The position numbers were made by a program, and so were the translations under genes. Positions 31,914 to 43,364 of a stretch of 64,000 nucleotides of DNA are shown here, one piece after another (position 1 is the stretch's first letter; each line of letters starts with the position of its first letter). Below the pieces are notes generated by a model. The model did not search any database. It saw nothing but the letters and a program-made list of their open reading frames with translations, and was not told the origin of the DNA. The stretch comes from an uncultured Chloroflexia bacterium (GTDB taxonomy: Bacteria; Chloroflexota; Chloroflexia; QHBQ01; JADMIH01), in contig CAWCNY010000003.1 in the NCBI GenBank assembly GCA_963797095.1, positions 544,001-608,000 of the forward strand. Direction: 5' to 3'.

Positions 31914-33006
31914 TTCCAGAGGTGGCGGCCCATCCTCTGTAAGGGCACTGCGTACCGCCAGACAGTAACCAAGGATCGCCTTTCCCAAGTCCTGGGCCTC
32001 ATGGTCTTTGTCTTTTTGCCGTTGCACAGCGTGTGAGGAGTTGTCGAGATGCGCTTGACCCTTCAGTTTGTCCTCGACACTGCGCTCTATGGCTCGTACC
32101 CCGCGCACTTGCTTCTTCAGTTCTTTCTTGGCGTGCCGGTCGGCCTCATATATGGGTCGAGTAGCTTCCCGCAGATAATGGAACTGGCACAACTGGTGGG
32201 GCACTTTGGGCAGAGCCCCTTGTACAGCCAGCCGGATTGACCGCTCACCGTCCGAGATTACCCCACAGATGGATATGGGTTGTTCTCCTTCCCCTTCTCC
32301 TGGCTCCTCAAACGAGGCAAGTGCTTGTTGCACCTCGAAAAGCAGGGCCATCAGATCAGGATGAGCAGCACTCAACAAGGGGCGAGCCAACAGGATCTCA
32401 CCAGACAGGCAATCGCGTATCACCCACAGCACTTCGTGTCCCATGTCCGGCTGCAGGCCGTCAATGGCCAGCACTACTCTGCCTTGTTCCCTTAGCCGCA
32501 CCTTGAGCCGGTCATGGTCGGCCAGGTGCAGAGCCACGAGTTCCTCGTACCTCTCTATCAGATAGGTAACGGTGCGCTCAGCTATGCTCACTCCTCTCCC
32601 CAGCAGTTCCTTGTGGATCTCGGGCACTGAGCGATGCTGGGAGTAGCGCAAGGTGCCGATTAGGGTAATGATGTCCAGTCCGAACTCCCCTTGAGGCAGA
32701 GCCAGTGCTCCTTCCTCTTCTGGTCGATAAGGTCGGTGGTAAAGTGGGCAGTTCGGGTTATGGCAGCGGCGTATCTTGAGTGTCACTCTACACAGACCAT
32801 GCAGTGTTACCACAGTGCGGAAATTGTGGTAGCCCATCCAAAGGGAGCCACCGCAAGCCCAACAGATATCACTCAGAGGCTGCAATGTCAGGTGCGAGGC
32901 AGCTGCTGGTCGGCATTGTCTTCTTGTCATGGGTAGCCTCCCAACTGAAGATCTCAACCTCCTTGCCAGCATCACTCGTGCCCTCGCTCAAGCCAGCTTT
33001 GCCGTT
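31914..33006 (-). mobile_element. Truncated ISNCY-like element (transposase from 32930, 3' part deleted)
   Basis: AIDGLQPD.GHEVLWV.RD, ISDG, QLCQFHYLRE; candidate end AACGGCAAAGCTGG next to CTAG; ORF fuses into antisense IS3 orfA. Confidence 0.7.
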
Positions 33007-33016
33007 CTAGAAAAAA

Positions 33017-33940
33017 ATGGTAACGCCCGATGTTGAGCGTGAGGCGGTGGTCCACCTCACAACCCAATACCAGGTATCTCAGCGTCGGGCGTGCCGAGTA
33101 GTCGGGATAAACAGAGCTACAGCCCGCTATCGCCCTCAGCGTAAAGCCGAGCTGGTGCACAAAGAGGCGGGTGTCCAAAGTCGGTTGGTGGAGTTGGCCA
33201 AAGAGCGGCCTCGCTTCGGCTACCGCCGGTTGGGCGTGCTGTTACGGCGGGAAGGCATAGTAGCCAACCACAAGCAGGTGCATCGTCTGTACAAGCTCAA
33301 CGAGTTGGCTTTACGCAGGAAGAGCAGAAAGCGATTGGCTTCCGTCAGCAGGGTACCTCTTGCTCAACCGAGCAAGCCCAACCAGGTGTGGGCAATGGAT
33401 TTCGTGCATGACACGCTGGCAAGCGGGCGCAAATTCAGGACGCTGAACGTAGTGGACGTGTACACCAGGGAGTGCCGGGTTATCGAGGTAGACACCAGCC
33501 TGGGTGGTCAGCGGGTAGTGCGGGTGTTGGATCGGTTGCGGGAGGAGCACGGAGTGCCCGAGCGGATCATGATGGACAATGGGCCGGAGTTCACAGGTAA
33601 GGCGCTGGACGCCTGGGCCTATTCTCAGAAGGTAGAATTGGATTTCATTCGACCAGGTAAACCGATGGAGAACGGGTACGTGGAAAGCTTCAATGGCCGC
33701 TTCAGGGACGAGTGCCTTAACAGCCACTGGTTCTTGAGCATGGAGGACGCCAGGCAAATAATCGAGGAGTGGAGAGTAGACTACAACGAGGTCCGTCCTC
33801 ACAGCTCGCTTGGGCACCTAACCCCTGCAGATTTTGCCAGGCGCAGCATCTTTTTCGACAGGATTTCTCTCACTGCTGTTGGATGTAACAATGGGGGCAG
33901 GTCAGGAGTGAAGGAGATGGGAGGTGGCAGCGTGAGGTGA
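33017..33940 (+). CDS. IS3 (IS407 group) OrfB integrase-core transposase
   Basis: A7 slippery site 33011-33017; WAMDF, DNGPEF, NGYVESFNG, RPHSSLG; reads through IRR. Confidence 0.9.
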   Translation: MVTPDVEREAVVHLTTQYQVSQRRACRVVGINRATARYRPQRKAELVHKEAGVQSRLVELAKERPRFGYRRLGVLLRREGIVANHKQVHRLYKLNELALRRKSRKRLASVSRVPLAQPSKPNQVWAMDFVHDTLASGRKFRTLNVVDVYTRECRVIEVDTSLGGQRVVRVLDRLREEHGVPERIMMDNGPEFTGKALDAWAYSQKVELDFIRPGKPMENGYVESFNGRFRDECLNSHWFLSMEDARQIIEEWRVDYNEVRPHSSLGHLTPADFARRSIFFDRISLTAVGCNNGGRSGVKEMGGGSVR

Positions 33941-34076
33941 GGGGTAGACAGCGTGCCAGCGGGGTTCACCGCCCAGAAACGTCAATTACGCAGTCTCGAA
34001 AACGGTGGTACGTTACCGAGCGAGACTTGACAAAGTACTTTCAGCCACTATTCTTCTATGCGGGAATTCTTTATTT

Positions 34077-35828
34077 CTAGCTCCAGGGAGAATCCAGAGC
34101 TGAGAGGAGAATCAGCGCGCCTATGACCACTACAACAGCGGCGCTTATCACCGGTACCCAACGCGTCCACGCCGGGTTTGTAATCCGTCGAAGGCTGTTA
34201 GTGCGCTCCAACATGCCTTTCATTTTCACAAGTGTAACGCCTATGGCTATTAGCACACCTGCAAGCCCAAGACTAAAGGCCACCACCAAGCTCAGGCCAA
34301 GTGCAAATTGGCTGACACCCGCAGCCAGCAAAAGTATCGCCAGAGCGTCGGGGCAAGGCACTAGCCCACCTGACACCCCCAGGCAAATGAGCGACCGCAA
34401 CCCATCGGGCTTTGCATCGTGATCGTGAACATGGGCATCGCCATGAGTGTGACTGTGACTGTGGCTGTGCGTTTCATGGCTATGAGTATGAATGCCATCA
34501 CGGCTATGACTAAGGTTCCAATGGAGGTGATCTTCCTTAGCGACATGCGTCGCGTACCGCTCACCTGTTACAGACCGTACGGGCAAAGAGGTTGTAGCCG
34601 AAGCCAGGGAAAGCGTGGAAACTGCGCCGCCCACGGATTTGCGCAGATTGGTCTTCGCTTCTAGCCTGCCAGAGACCGCAGTACTATGTAACTCATCTAA
34701 TAATATCCGGCTCTCGTTCCATCTCCGGATCAGTAAATATAATCCCAGGCTGAGCACCAATAAACCGGAAATTAGCTCCAATGCAGGTGTCAATGAGCGA
34801 GGTACAGTAAAGTTGCTGATAAGCAGCAGGGCCAGACCCAACACTAACACACCAACTGTATGAGTGAATGTCACTACTCCACCCAGCAGTACAGCATCTC
34901 GAACCCTACCACGTGAACCGACCAGATAGGCAGCTACCATAGCCTTGCCATGTCCCGGCGTGAGGGCGTGTAAGGCTCCAACGACCACAGCAAGGGCTAG
35001 CATACCCAGCGCGGTCCAAATCTCACCCCTCCAGTTGCGTAAGGTATCAAGCAGTTGAGCGATAGGTCCTGAAGATGAACTTACTTGAGTATCGGTTGGA
35101 GGCTGCACACCCTGAGATGCCGGACTATTAGGGCTTGCTTGCGCTGCACCTCCCTGCGTCGCATCCTGAGGTGGGCTTTCCACCGCCGTCCAGGGCGCAG
35201 GGGCCAGCACGCCGGCAGAGAGGCCCTGAGTTTGTCCCTCAGAAGCAGCCGGCATCTGATAGATCACCTGATAGGTAGCAGGATATATAGGACGCGATAT
35301 TCCTACAGGTTGTCCATCATTAACCACGTCGCCTTTTACACTGACATAGTACTCGTCGTAATCGAGATAGTTATCGCCATAGGTCAGACGAATACGATGC
35401 TTGCCGGACAATGCTTTTTCGGGAGTAAAAGTGTAAGTAACAAGCACTGGCTGGTTCAGGCTCAGGAGCAAGTCTTCATTGCTAAGCGATGCTAGTTCGC
35501 TCAATGTAACCGGCACATCCACATCGTCAAGCGCAACCTGTAATTTGGACGGATGTGCCTCGGACCAAGACGCAAGCTCAGCCGCCGAGGTTTTCCCATT
35601 CCCATCTGTGTCTATCTGCCTGTACACTTCCGGAACAAGCTCAGGACTAATTCGAAGGTAGGACTTTACCTTCAGTAGCTGTGGCGTGAGACTGATCACA
35701 TAGTCGTGCAATACCGACGGCGCAGGGTGTGCAAAGGCCACTGAGCCGGATATAGCCAGCAGACAGGCGGATATTATCGCGCAAAGGGTAATGCGTAGCG
35801 AAGCCAATTTCGTAACCTTGTTTTGCAT
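34077..35828 (-). CDS. NicO/RcnA-family Ni/Co transporter with N-terminal extracytoplasmic domain
   Basis: Signal peptide ending AFA-HP; HALTPGHGK, His-rich loop, GLVPCP. Confidence 0.85.
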   Translation of the reverse strand: MQNKVTKLASLRITLCAIISACLLAISGSVAFAHPAPSVLHDYVISLTPQLLKVKSYLRISPELVPEVYRQIDTDGNGKTSAAELASWSEAHPSKLQVALDDVDVPVTLSELASLSNEDLLLSLNQPVLVTYTFTPEKALSGKHRIRLTYGDNYLDYDEYYVSVKGDVVNDGQPVGISRPIYPATYQVIYQMPAASEGQTQGLSAGVLAPAPWTAVESPPQDATQGGAAQASPNSPASQGVQPPTDTQVSSSSGPIAQLLDTLRNWRGEIWTALGMLALAVVVGALHALTPGHGKAMVAAYLVGSRGRVRDAVLLGGVVTFTHTVGVLVLGLALLLISNFTVPRSLTPALELISGLLVLSLGLYLLIRRWNESRILLDELHSTAVSGRLEAKTNLRKSVGGAVSTLSLASATTSLPVRSVTGERYATHVAKEDHLHWNLSHSRDGIHTHSHETHSHSHSHTHGDAHVHDHDAKPDGLRSLICLGVSGGLVPCPDALAILLLAAGVSQFALGLSLVVAFSLGLAGVLIAIGVTLVKMKGMLERTNSLRRITNPAWTRWVPVISAAVVVVIGALILLSALDSPWS

Positions 35829-35873
35829 CACAATTTCCTCGTTGATACCGATACCCATACCCAATCCGGGAAT

Positions 35874-37415
35874 CTAGTTGGTGACCTCGGCATGTCTCCT
35901 GCGACGGCTGATGGACCTGCGCACAAGTTGTAAGTCGCCAGGCGTAATCAGATGCAGGAACCAAAGGCCTGAAAAATAGACAAGAGAGCCTACTGGCACA
36001 TAGATAAGGAGCGGAATGTTTAGCCGTTGAAGCACCACTACTACTACCATCATCACAAACGATAATCCAATGATTTGCGCTGCAGGGTAAAGCACTTCTT
36101 TCTGGCGCAGTTTACGAGGAAGCACTATCCACGCCCAGGTGAGCAGTAAGCTTTCCCCGACTAAGTTGGCTAAACCTGCTCCAATCGCGCCATTCGACAG
36201 ATTCGCTTGAAACCACCAAATAAGAAATATATAGAGCGGCGGGAAGATACAGACCGCAAACGCCGAAATCTTTACCCACTGACGTTCCTGCCCAATAGCA
36301 ACTGCAAGCGAGCCCAGTACCATCAATACACCTGTTACAGGCATACCAAGAGCAAGTAAAGAGAGTACGGGTGCAGCATTCAAAAAGCTGGAAGGATATG
36401 GAAGAAGCTTAATCACATCACTCGATGAGACGGCGAGACCCACCCCGATCGGAGCAGTCAACAGCAAGGTTGTAATAGTTGTCTTGGCTGCAACTCTATC
36501 GAACTGATCCCTCTTCTTACCATGCAATTGGCACAACATCGGCAGGGCCACAGCATTGATGGCGGTGGGTATCATAATCAGCACGCTGGTAATCTGCAAT
36601 GATGCCCCAAACCAACCAATAACATGCTCATCAGCGAACAAACTCAAGATAGTAGCATCTATTTGGCCGTATGCCGTTTGCAGGAAACCCCAGATAAATA
36701 ACGGCATTCCACCAATAAGCAAGGCATGCATCACACTCTTACTTACACTGAACTTGATTGGATGCTTCAAGAAGTAGTATGAGACTGCGATTATCAATTC
36801 GATCAACATGCCCAGTGGGATCGAGAATGCGTACATTACCGCATCTGCCCCCGCCAGAAGCATGGTAACACCTGTCACTGTTGCAACCATTTGGCCGGCT
36901 GCCACTGCAATTGCCCGCCAACCTTGTTGCTCAAGGCCCTGTAAGCCCGACTCAAAAACGTTGGAAATGGTGAAAATCACCATTGAGACGCCGACGATGA
37001 AAATCACGACCTGCGTTTGGGGCGAATAACCTATCAGATTGGCTACTGACATGAGAATGGCGAGCACTCCGACGCCCATTACCACACGCAATAGGAGGGC
37101 ATTACTCAGGTAACGACTTGCTTCATCGCGATCTCGTGCTATAGCTCTGACCAGATAAGTGGACGTACCCAGAGAGGTGAAGATCCCAAAGAAGGTGGTG
37201 AAAGATATCGCAAGTGTGATAACACCCATACCACTATCACCAAGCTTTGTGGGTAATACTAGGACTCGCAATGTGTTGAATATCACGGCAAACCAGCTGG
37301 AACCGAGTACTACCAGTACGGTGCGCAACGCGCTCGGCCCACGATTTATTGTACCTCCAGAAAGATGGTGGTCACGGTTGTGGGCACGAGCATCTCTTAA
37401 GCTTCGTGCCCACAA
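35874..37415 (-). CDS. Wzx-type polysaccharide flippase (MOP superfamily)
   Basis: Many TM helices; Y.QID..IL motif; EPS context. Confidence 0.85.
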   Translation of the reverse strand: MWARSLRDARAHNRDHHLSGGTINRGPSALRTVLVVLGSSWFAVIFNTLRVLVLPTKLGDSGMGVITLAISFTTFFGIFTSLGTSTYLVRAIARDRDEASRYLSNALLLRVVMGVGVLAILMSVANLIGYSPQTQVVIFIVGVSMVIFTISNVFESGLQGLEQQGWRAIAVAAGQMVATVTGVTMLLAGADAVMYAFSIPLGMLIELIIAVSYYFLKHPIKFSVSKSVMHALLIGGMPLFIWGFLQTAYGQIDATILSLFADEHVIGWFGASLQITSVLIMIPTAINAVALPMLCQLHGKKRDQFDRVAAKTTITTLLLTAPIGVGLAVSSSDVIKLLPYPSSFLNAAPVLSLLALGMPVTGVLMVLGSLAVAIGQERQWVKISAFAVCIFPPLYIFLIWWFQANLSNGAIGAGLANLVGESLLLTWAWIVLPRKLRQKEVLYPAAQIIGLSFVMMVVVVVLQRLNIPLLIYVPVGSLVYFSGLWFLHLITPGDLQLVRRSISRRRRHAEVTN

Positions 37416-37428
37416 CGGGTTAGAATGG

Positions 37429-40400
37429 TTACGGTTGGTTGATTTTACTGATGAACGTGTTCAGGTTGTCTCCATCGGAGATGCCTATACGCGTCACTTC
37501 GTATAGATCAGCATAGCTGGTGTACTGCTTCGTCTGACCGATAATGGTTGCGGCTTTGAAGCCACTGTGAGCGACAAGCCACTTGGCGCTGTCGGGATAC
37601 TGGCCGTAAGGGTATGAGAAACTGCTGCCTGGTTGTCCGAGATGGGCCGCCAGATCAACCTGGTTACCCCATATTTCTCCACGCTGCTCAGGCACCGTCA
37701 AGTCGTAAAGTGCGACGTGGTGCTGAGTATGGCCGTCGGCACTGTTACCACTCTGGTAAATCGAGTTCAGCATACTCCAAGTCATATGCATATGCTGTGG
37801 CTCGATCCCCAGATCCCAGCTATTCAGCATGCCCATATACTGGGTCACAGTGAAGATACTGGCTTTCAGACCATTGGCCTGAAGCGTTGGGTAGGCGTAA
37901 TCGTATATGTTTTGATAAGAGTCATCGAAAGTCAGCCAGATTGGCTTGCTGGGAAGCGCAGTGCCCTTATATATGTAGTTGTACAGGTCAGACCCAGTAA
38001 CCGTGTGCCAGCCATTACTAGCAAGGTAAGTCATCTGGGAATTGAAGTTGCAGATTGCTACCCAGTTACCGCTTCCTGTGGTCGGATTTACGCTGTGGTA
38101 CATCAGGATAGGTACACCAACGTTCGCAATCACGGCGGAGTTTGTGATTTGCAACGCATTAGAAACAAGTGTGTTATCAATCGCTCCTGCGAAGTCGGAA
38201 TCGCTCAACTCCCACAGTACATCATACGAACCGCTTGGCAGATAGCGTGGCACAGCAAACACCAAACTGAACGAATTGGTGCCTACAGGAACCGCCACCA
38301 ATCTCTCGCCTGGCAAGTCGCTCACCCAGTTCGAGCTATTGTGGACTCTGATGCGCATCCTCATCAACACTCTCTTAGTGGTGGACGCTTCGTTTAGGAT
38401 CGTGAAGTTACCGGTAATTGTGTTCACCACTCCACCCTGCAGCGTGATGGAATTGTTGGCTAGTGAAACATTGCTAAGACTGATGCCGGAGGTATTGTCC
38501 TGGCCGGGCACCGATAGCCACACTTGATTCTTGCCGGTTCGGGTGGCAAGCGTAGCGTTGGTCGAACCGTCCAACAAACTCCACACCAGGTCATAGCTCC
38601 CCTCGCTGCTAGTTGTGGGCACCTGGAACTGTCGGCTGAAGTTGCTCGTACCGGCAGGAGCGCTAACTGTCGTCTGATGAGCTAGGTCATCGACTGCGGG
38701 ATATATATCGAAACCGCTAGGCACAAGGCGAGCGCTTAGCTTGATAGATTTGGTGCTGCCCGTTGTGTTGTAGACCGTGTAGTTGACTGTAAAGGTGCTC
38801 CCGGTGTTCACTATCGTCCCGGCTGCCGGTCCGGTGGCACCTAGAGCTATAGTTGCACCGCTCGGCGTAGGTATTGTTGTGGAAGTGGCAGTAGGAGGAA
38901 CATTCGTCGGTGTAACAGTTGCCTGACCAACGACCAACGCACTCGACTGTTGCTGGCTACCGTATTCGTTGACAAAGCACATGTCCCATAGACCCCAGAT
39001 CACATCGAATGTGCCAGCGTTAGTGCCAGGTTCGACATAGAACTGCCTGGTCACAACGGAACTACCTGCTGGCACCGTCACCAGGCGATCATTCCCAACG
39101 TTGTTATACGTAGCAGAGCTGTTACGGAGGGCTGCGCCAAGTGCATATGTGCCCCCGGTTGGGCTGTAGACGGTGTATGAAAAAGTCACCGATCCGCCTC
39201 TGATTAACCGAGCCCGGCGACACACTTGCCCCCAGCAAAGTAGGCGCAACAGGCGTGATCGTTGATATCGGTGTAAATGTGGCGGTAGGAGGCGTACCCG
39301 TAACCGTGCGAGTTGCGGTCGCCGGGGTCCCAAGCGTCGCAGTTGAAGTCGGGGTATTAGGTATGGGGGTATCGGTCGGTGTAGCGGTGGCAGCCAGGAT
39401 TGTCAGCACACCGGTGCGTATCTTCTCATCATATTCCGTCGTGAAGGTACTGTTCCACAAACCCCAGCGTACATCCTGCAAACCGGCAGGGAGAGTACCC
39501 AGGCCAAATGTGCGTGTTAGGACGGAGGTACCGGCAACTCCATTGACGACACGATCGGTGATCGGATCATAGACCCACTGTCCGGTACCAGCAGGTGCTA
39601 CTCCTGCGCCAAGCCCTATTTGTTGCGCCGTGGGCAGGAAGACCGTGTAACTAAGCACGATCATTCCTCCTCTGTAGGCAGTCGAAGGGCTGAGCGCTAC
39701 ATCTATCAAGGTTGGCAAAGCAGGTGTGGGAGTAGGCCCGGCTATTGTGACCGCATTCAGGACTGTTTGGTCTCCATACTCAGTGCCAAACCCACTACTC
39801 CACAATCCCCAGATGATGTCCTGCGAGCCACTCGCATCCAATGGTACCCGGAACAGACGGCTTACCGTGCTTGTGCCTGCTCCTATAGTGAGAGTGCGGT
39901 CGTTGGTACCGTCGTACGTCCAGCAGCATGCACCGTTGGCTCTAATACCTGCCCCCAACGATACCTGCCATGAGATTGGGCTGAACACCGTATAGGACAG
40001 CACCAGCAAGCTTCCTGGTGATGATACCAGCGGAGATACGCTTACTGACAACAGGGTGGGTTGCGTAGGTGTTGCGGTAGGAGACCCTACTGTTGGCGTC
40101 CGCGTAATGGTCGGCGTATTGGTCGCGGGAGGGGTGCTGGTGAATGTAGGAGTAACAGGAGGACCAGTCACCGACACTGCGCTCAACGCCGTCTGGTCTC
40201 CATATTCCGTCCCAAATCCAGCGCTCCATAACCCCCATATCACATCGTACTGTACGTCCGTCGGACTGCTCGGTATCGAGAACTGCCTCGCCAGTATGTT
40301 CGTTCCGGCCGTTATGTTCAGCGTCGCATCGTGGCTTGGATCATAGAACCACCCACTCCCATTTCCATTCACCCTCAACCCTGCGCCCAACGACACCTGC

Positions 40401-43093
40401 CATGAGGAAGGGCTATATACCGTGTAAGTCAGCACCAACATTGACCCTGGTGCTGTGTTGGTTGGTCCCACCGCTACACTCAACAGCACCGGTTGGGTTG
40501 GGATCGGGGTGTTGGTTGGACTGAGTGTACGTGTCGGGCTTGGGGTGTTCGTTGGCGTTGCAAGAGGTGGAGTGTTGCTGGGGGTGGCTGTGGCAGGTGC
40601 ACCTTGTACCTGCACCACAGACAGCATCGTACTAGCCCCATACTGGGTGCCGAACCCACCACTCCATAATCCCCAGATGATGTCCTGCGGGCCGCTGGCG
40701 TTCGATGGTACATGGAACAAACGAGAGACTGTGCTTGTGCCTGCTCCTATGGTGAGGGTGAGGTCATTGGCACCATCATAGGTCCAGCAGCAATCACCGC
40801 TGGCTCTAATACCTGCCCCCAACGATACCTGCCATGAGGAAGGACTGAACACCGTGTAGGAGAGGACCAATGAGCCATCGGGTGCTATGGTCAATGGTGA
40901 TACGTCCACCGACAACAACACCGGCTGTGTCGGCGTGGCCGTTGGGGTATTTGTAGCCGTAGGTGTGACGGTAGGAGTATTTGTGGCCGTCGGGGTATTC
41001 GTGGCAGTAGAGGTACTTGTATTGGTTGGCGTTCTGGTCGGTGTGTTGGTTATGGTCGGCGTCCTGGTTGGCGTGCTCGTTATGGTAAACGTCGGTGTCC
41101 TGGTCGGCGTTCTGGTAATAGTAAATGTTGGTGTTCTGGTTGGCGTTCGGGTAATGGTAAATGTCGGTGTTCTGGTTGGCGTCCTGGTTGGCGTGCTCGT
41201 TATGGTAAACGTCGGCGTCCTGGTTGGCGTTCTGGTAATAGTAAACGTTGGTGTCCTGGTCGGTGTGTTGGTTATGGTCGGCGTCCTGGTTGGCGTGCTC
41301 GTTATGGTGAACGTTGGTGTCCTCGTGGGGGTATTAGTGTTCGTGGGAGTATTGGTGGCCGTATTGGTGCGCGTGTAAGTAGGTGTTGAGGTCGGCGGGA
41401 CTGTTGCTGTGCTGGTGGATGTTACCGTGAAGGTGCTGCTTGGAGTCCTCTGAGGCGTATTAGTTGGGGACGCAGGCGCAGGGGTCGCCAATGAGCAGTC
41501 CTGCGTAAACGTCAGCATCATACCTGAGCCGAGACCGCCGGTTTGACAAGAGAGCGTCTGATAAATTGAGGTATCAAGCTGCAATCCAACGCTGCCGTTG
41601 AGACCACCATTGTCTACCTGGTCGTAAATTACATCGAACCGAGTTTGGCTTTCATACAAGCGGACCTCAAAGTGGACCGGGGTATTGGTTGACACTGTGT
41701 GCGCTCGCCACTCGATGTTCATGATGCGGTTGGGGGCTGAGCCACTGATAGACGTATACACACCCTCTCCAGGGAGTTCGGCATCCAGGTCCTCGAACAA
41801 GGGCGCTATAGCATAGCTGAACCCGGCTTGCGGCAGGCAACCGCTGGAAATACCTGAGGCAGTTGGGAATTGCAGATTACCATTCACCCCTGCATGAACA
41901 ACTGTGAAGGCCTCATCGTACAGCGGGAAGGCAAACGGCATATCAATGTGCCCTGTGCAGTCATCGCATTGTGTGCGGCTCACGAGAGTGGTACCCGGGA
42001 CGATAGTTGCCCCACTAGATTGAGTCACACTATAAGAGCAAAGTTGAGGAAGATCACCGTTCACGCTTACTGCGTTATCACTTTCGATCGAGCCATATTG
42101 CGTACCGAAGCCAGGGCTCCAGATAGCCATTACGACATCATAACTGACGTTGTTATCGCCTGCTAAAGTATAAGCTCTTGTGACGGTGTTGGTGCCTGGG
42201 GTAAGGTTTACAGTCGTATCATTCCAGGGATCGGTGGTGAATCCACCGCCTGAGCCATGAAGTCGCAATCCTGCACCAAGCGATATCTGCTGACTGCTTG
42301 GACTCCACACATGATAAGTAAGCACCAGAGATTCATAAGGCGAAGCTGAGGTAGGCGAGACGCCGACACTCTGCAGCGTCGGATGGCTAGGCGTGGGGGT
42401 GGATGTTGGAGTATTTGACGGAGCAGCAGTATTAGTTGGAGCAACTGTGTTGGTTGGAGCAACTGTGTTGGTTGGAGCAACTGTGTTAGTGGCAGTAGCC
42501 GTTACAGGAGTACCCTGCACGTTTACGACCGATAGTCTCGTTTCTAATCCGTACTGGGTACCAAAGCCGGCACTCCACAGTCCCCAGATAATATCTTGTG
42601 GGCCACTGGCATTCGAGGGTACATGGAACGGGCGCGAGACGGTGCTGGTACCTGCTCCTATGGTAAGGGTAAGGTCATTGGCACCATCATAAGTCCAACA
42701 ACAATCACCGCTGGCTCTAATACCCGCTCCCAACGATATTTGCCATGAGGATGGGCTAAACACCGTGTAAGAGAGGACCAACGTGCCGTTGGGTGCAATG
42801 GTTAGTGGCGCCACGTCCACCGACAACAGCACCGGCTGTGTTGGCGTCGGTGTCGCTGTAGGAGTATCGGGGGCATCCTTTTGCTGGGCGACTACTGCAT
42901 TGCTGACAGAGGCTACCTTGGAGTCCTGTGCACTGGCACTGCTGGTTACAACTCCAGTTGGCAATGCTGCGCTAGCCAGAGGCATAGAAGCCTGCAACTG
43001 CCAAACTATGAGCAGAATAAGCATTACCATAGGGACGCGGGACCTGCGGGACAGCTTGGTCGGGAACGATTTGAACATTCGATGCTTTTTCAT
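37429..43093 (-). CDS. Giant secreted repeat protein with C-terminal polysaccharide deacetylase (one-base frameshift ~39202 joins ORFs 39122-43093 and 37429-39333)
   Basis: Signal peptide; nine ~105-aa beta-rich modules, Thr/Pro linkers; module 7 continues across the frameshift; PILMYH, LTFDD, GHTQHH, SYPYG. Confidence 0.8.
40925..41400. repeat. Degenerate tandem repeats encoding a Thr/Pro linker ([11 protein letters not shown])
   Basis: Direct reading. Confidence 0.85.
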
Positions 43094-43364
43094 AAAAGTA
43101 AGTCTCTCAGCAATCAGTCTTTATTGCGAATATGCCTCGGTTGGCAGAAATGCGCGGATACAGATCGGGAGGGTCCCCGACCTATGCATACTGTAAACTT
43201 TTGAAGTGAACTAGCGATTAATAGATGAGAGCGACACCCTTACAAATGTGAAAAGAATGCAAGGAAAACCTCATGTGAGAAACACATAAGGCTAGCGCTC
43301 AAACAGCAGAGATAAATGACAAGCTGGTAGGTTTCGTTTGCGAACCTTACCAGTTTGTCATTTA

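Larger units (their letters stand above)
15364..33904 (+). mobile_element. IS3-family (IS407 group) element, outermost host of the nest
   Basis: IRL TGACCTAGCCCC at 15364; IRR ...GGGGGCAGGTCA ends 33904; orfA pieces 15442-15458, 31820-31916, 33007-33023 rejoin to MKRGQFSEEQIIGILREAEAG...RKKW; no flanking TSD. Confidence 0.8.

Noticed and set aside
33905-34040. Possible further IS end (..ACTTGACAAAGTAC) explaining the missing outer TSD
   Set aside because: No matching inverted partner or transposase fragment found
43094-43310. Riboswitch (e.g. c-di-GMP) in leaders of EPS genes
   Set aside because: No recognisable consensus seen here or in other intergenic regions by eye; an Rfam scan would be needed
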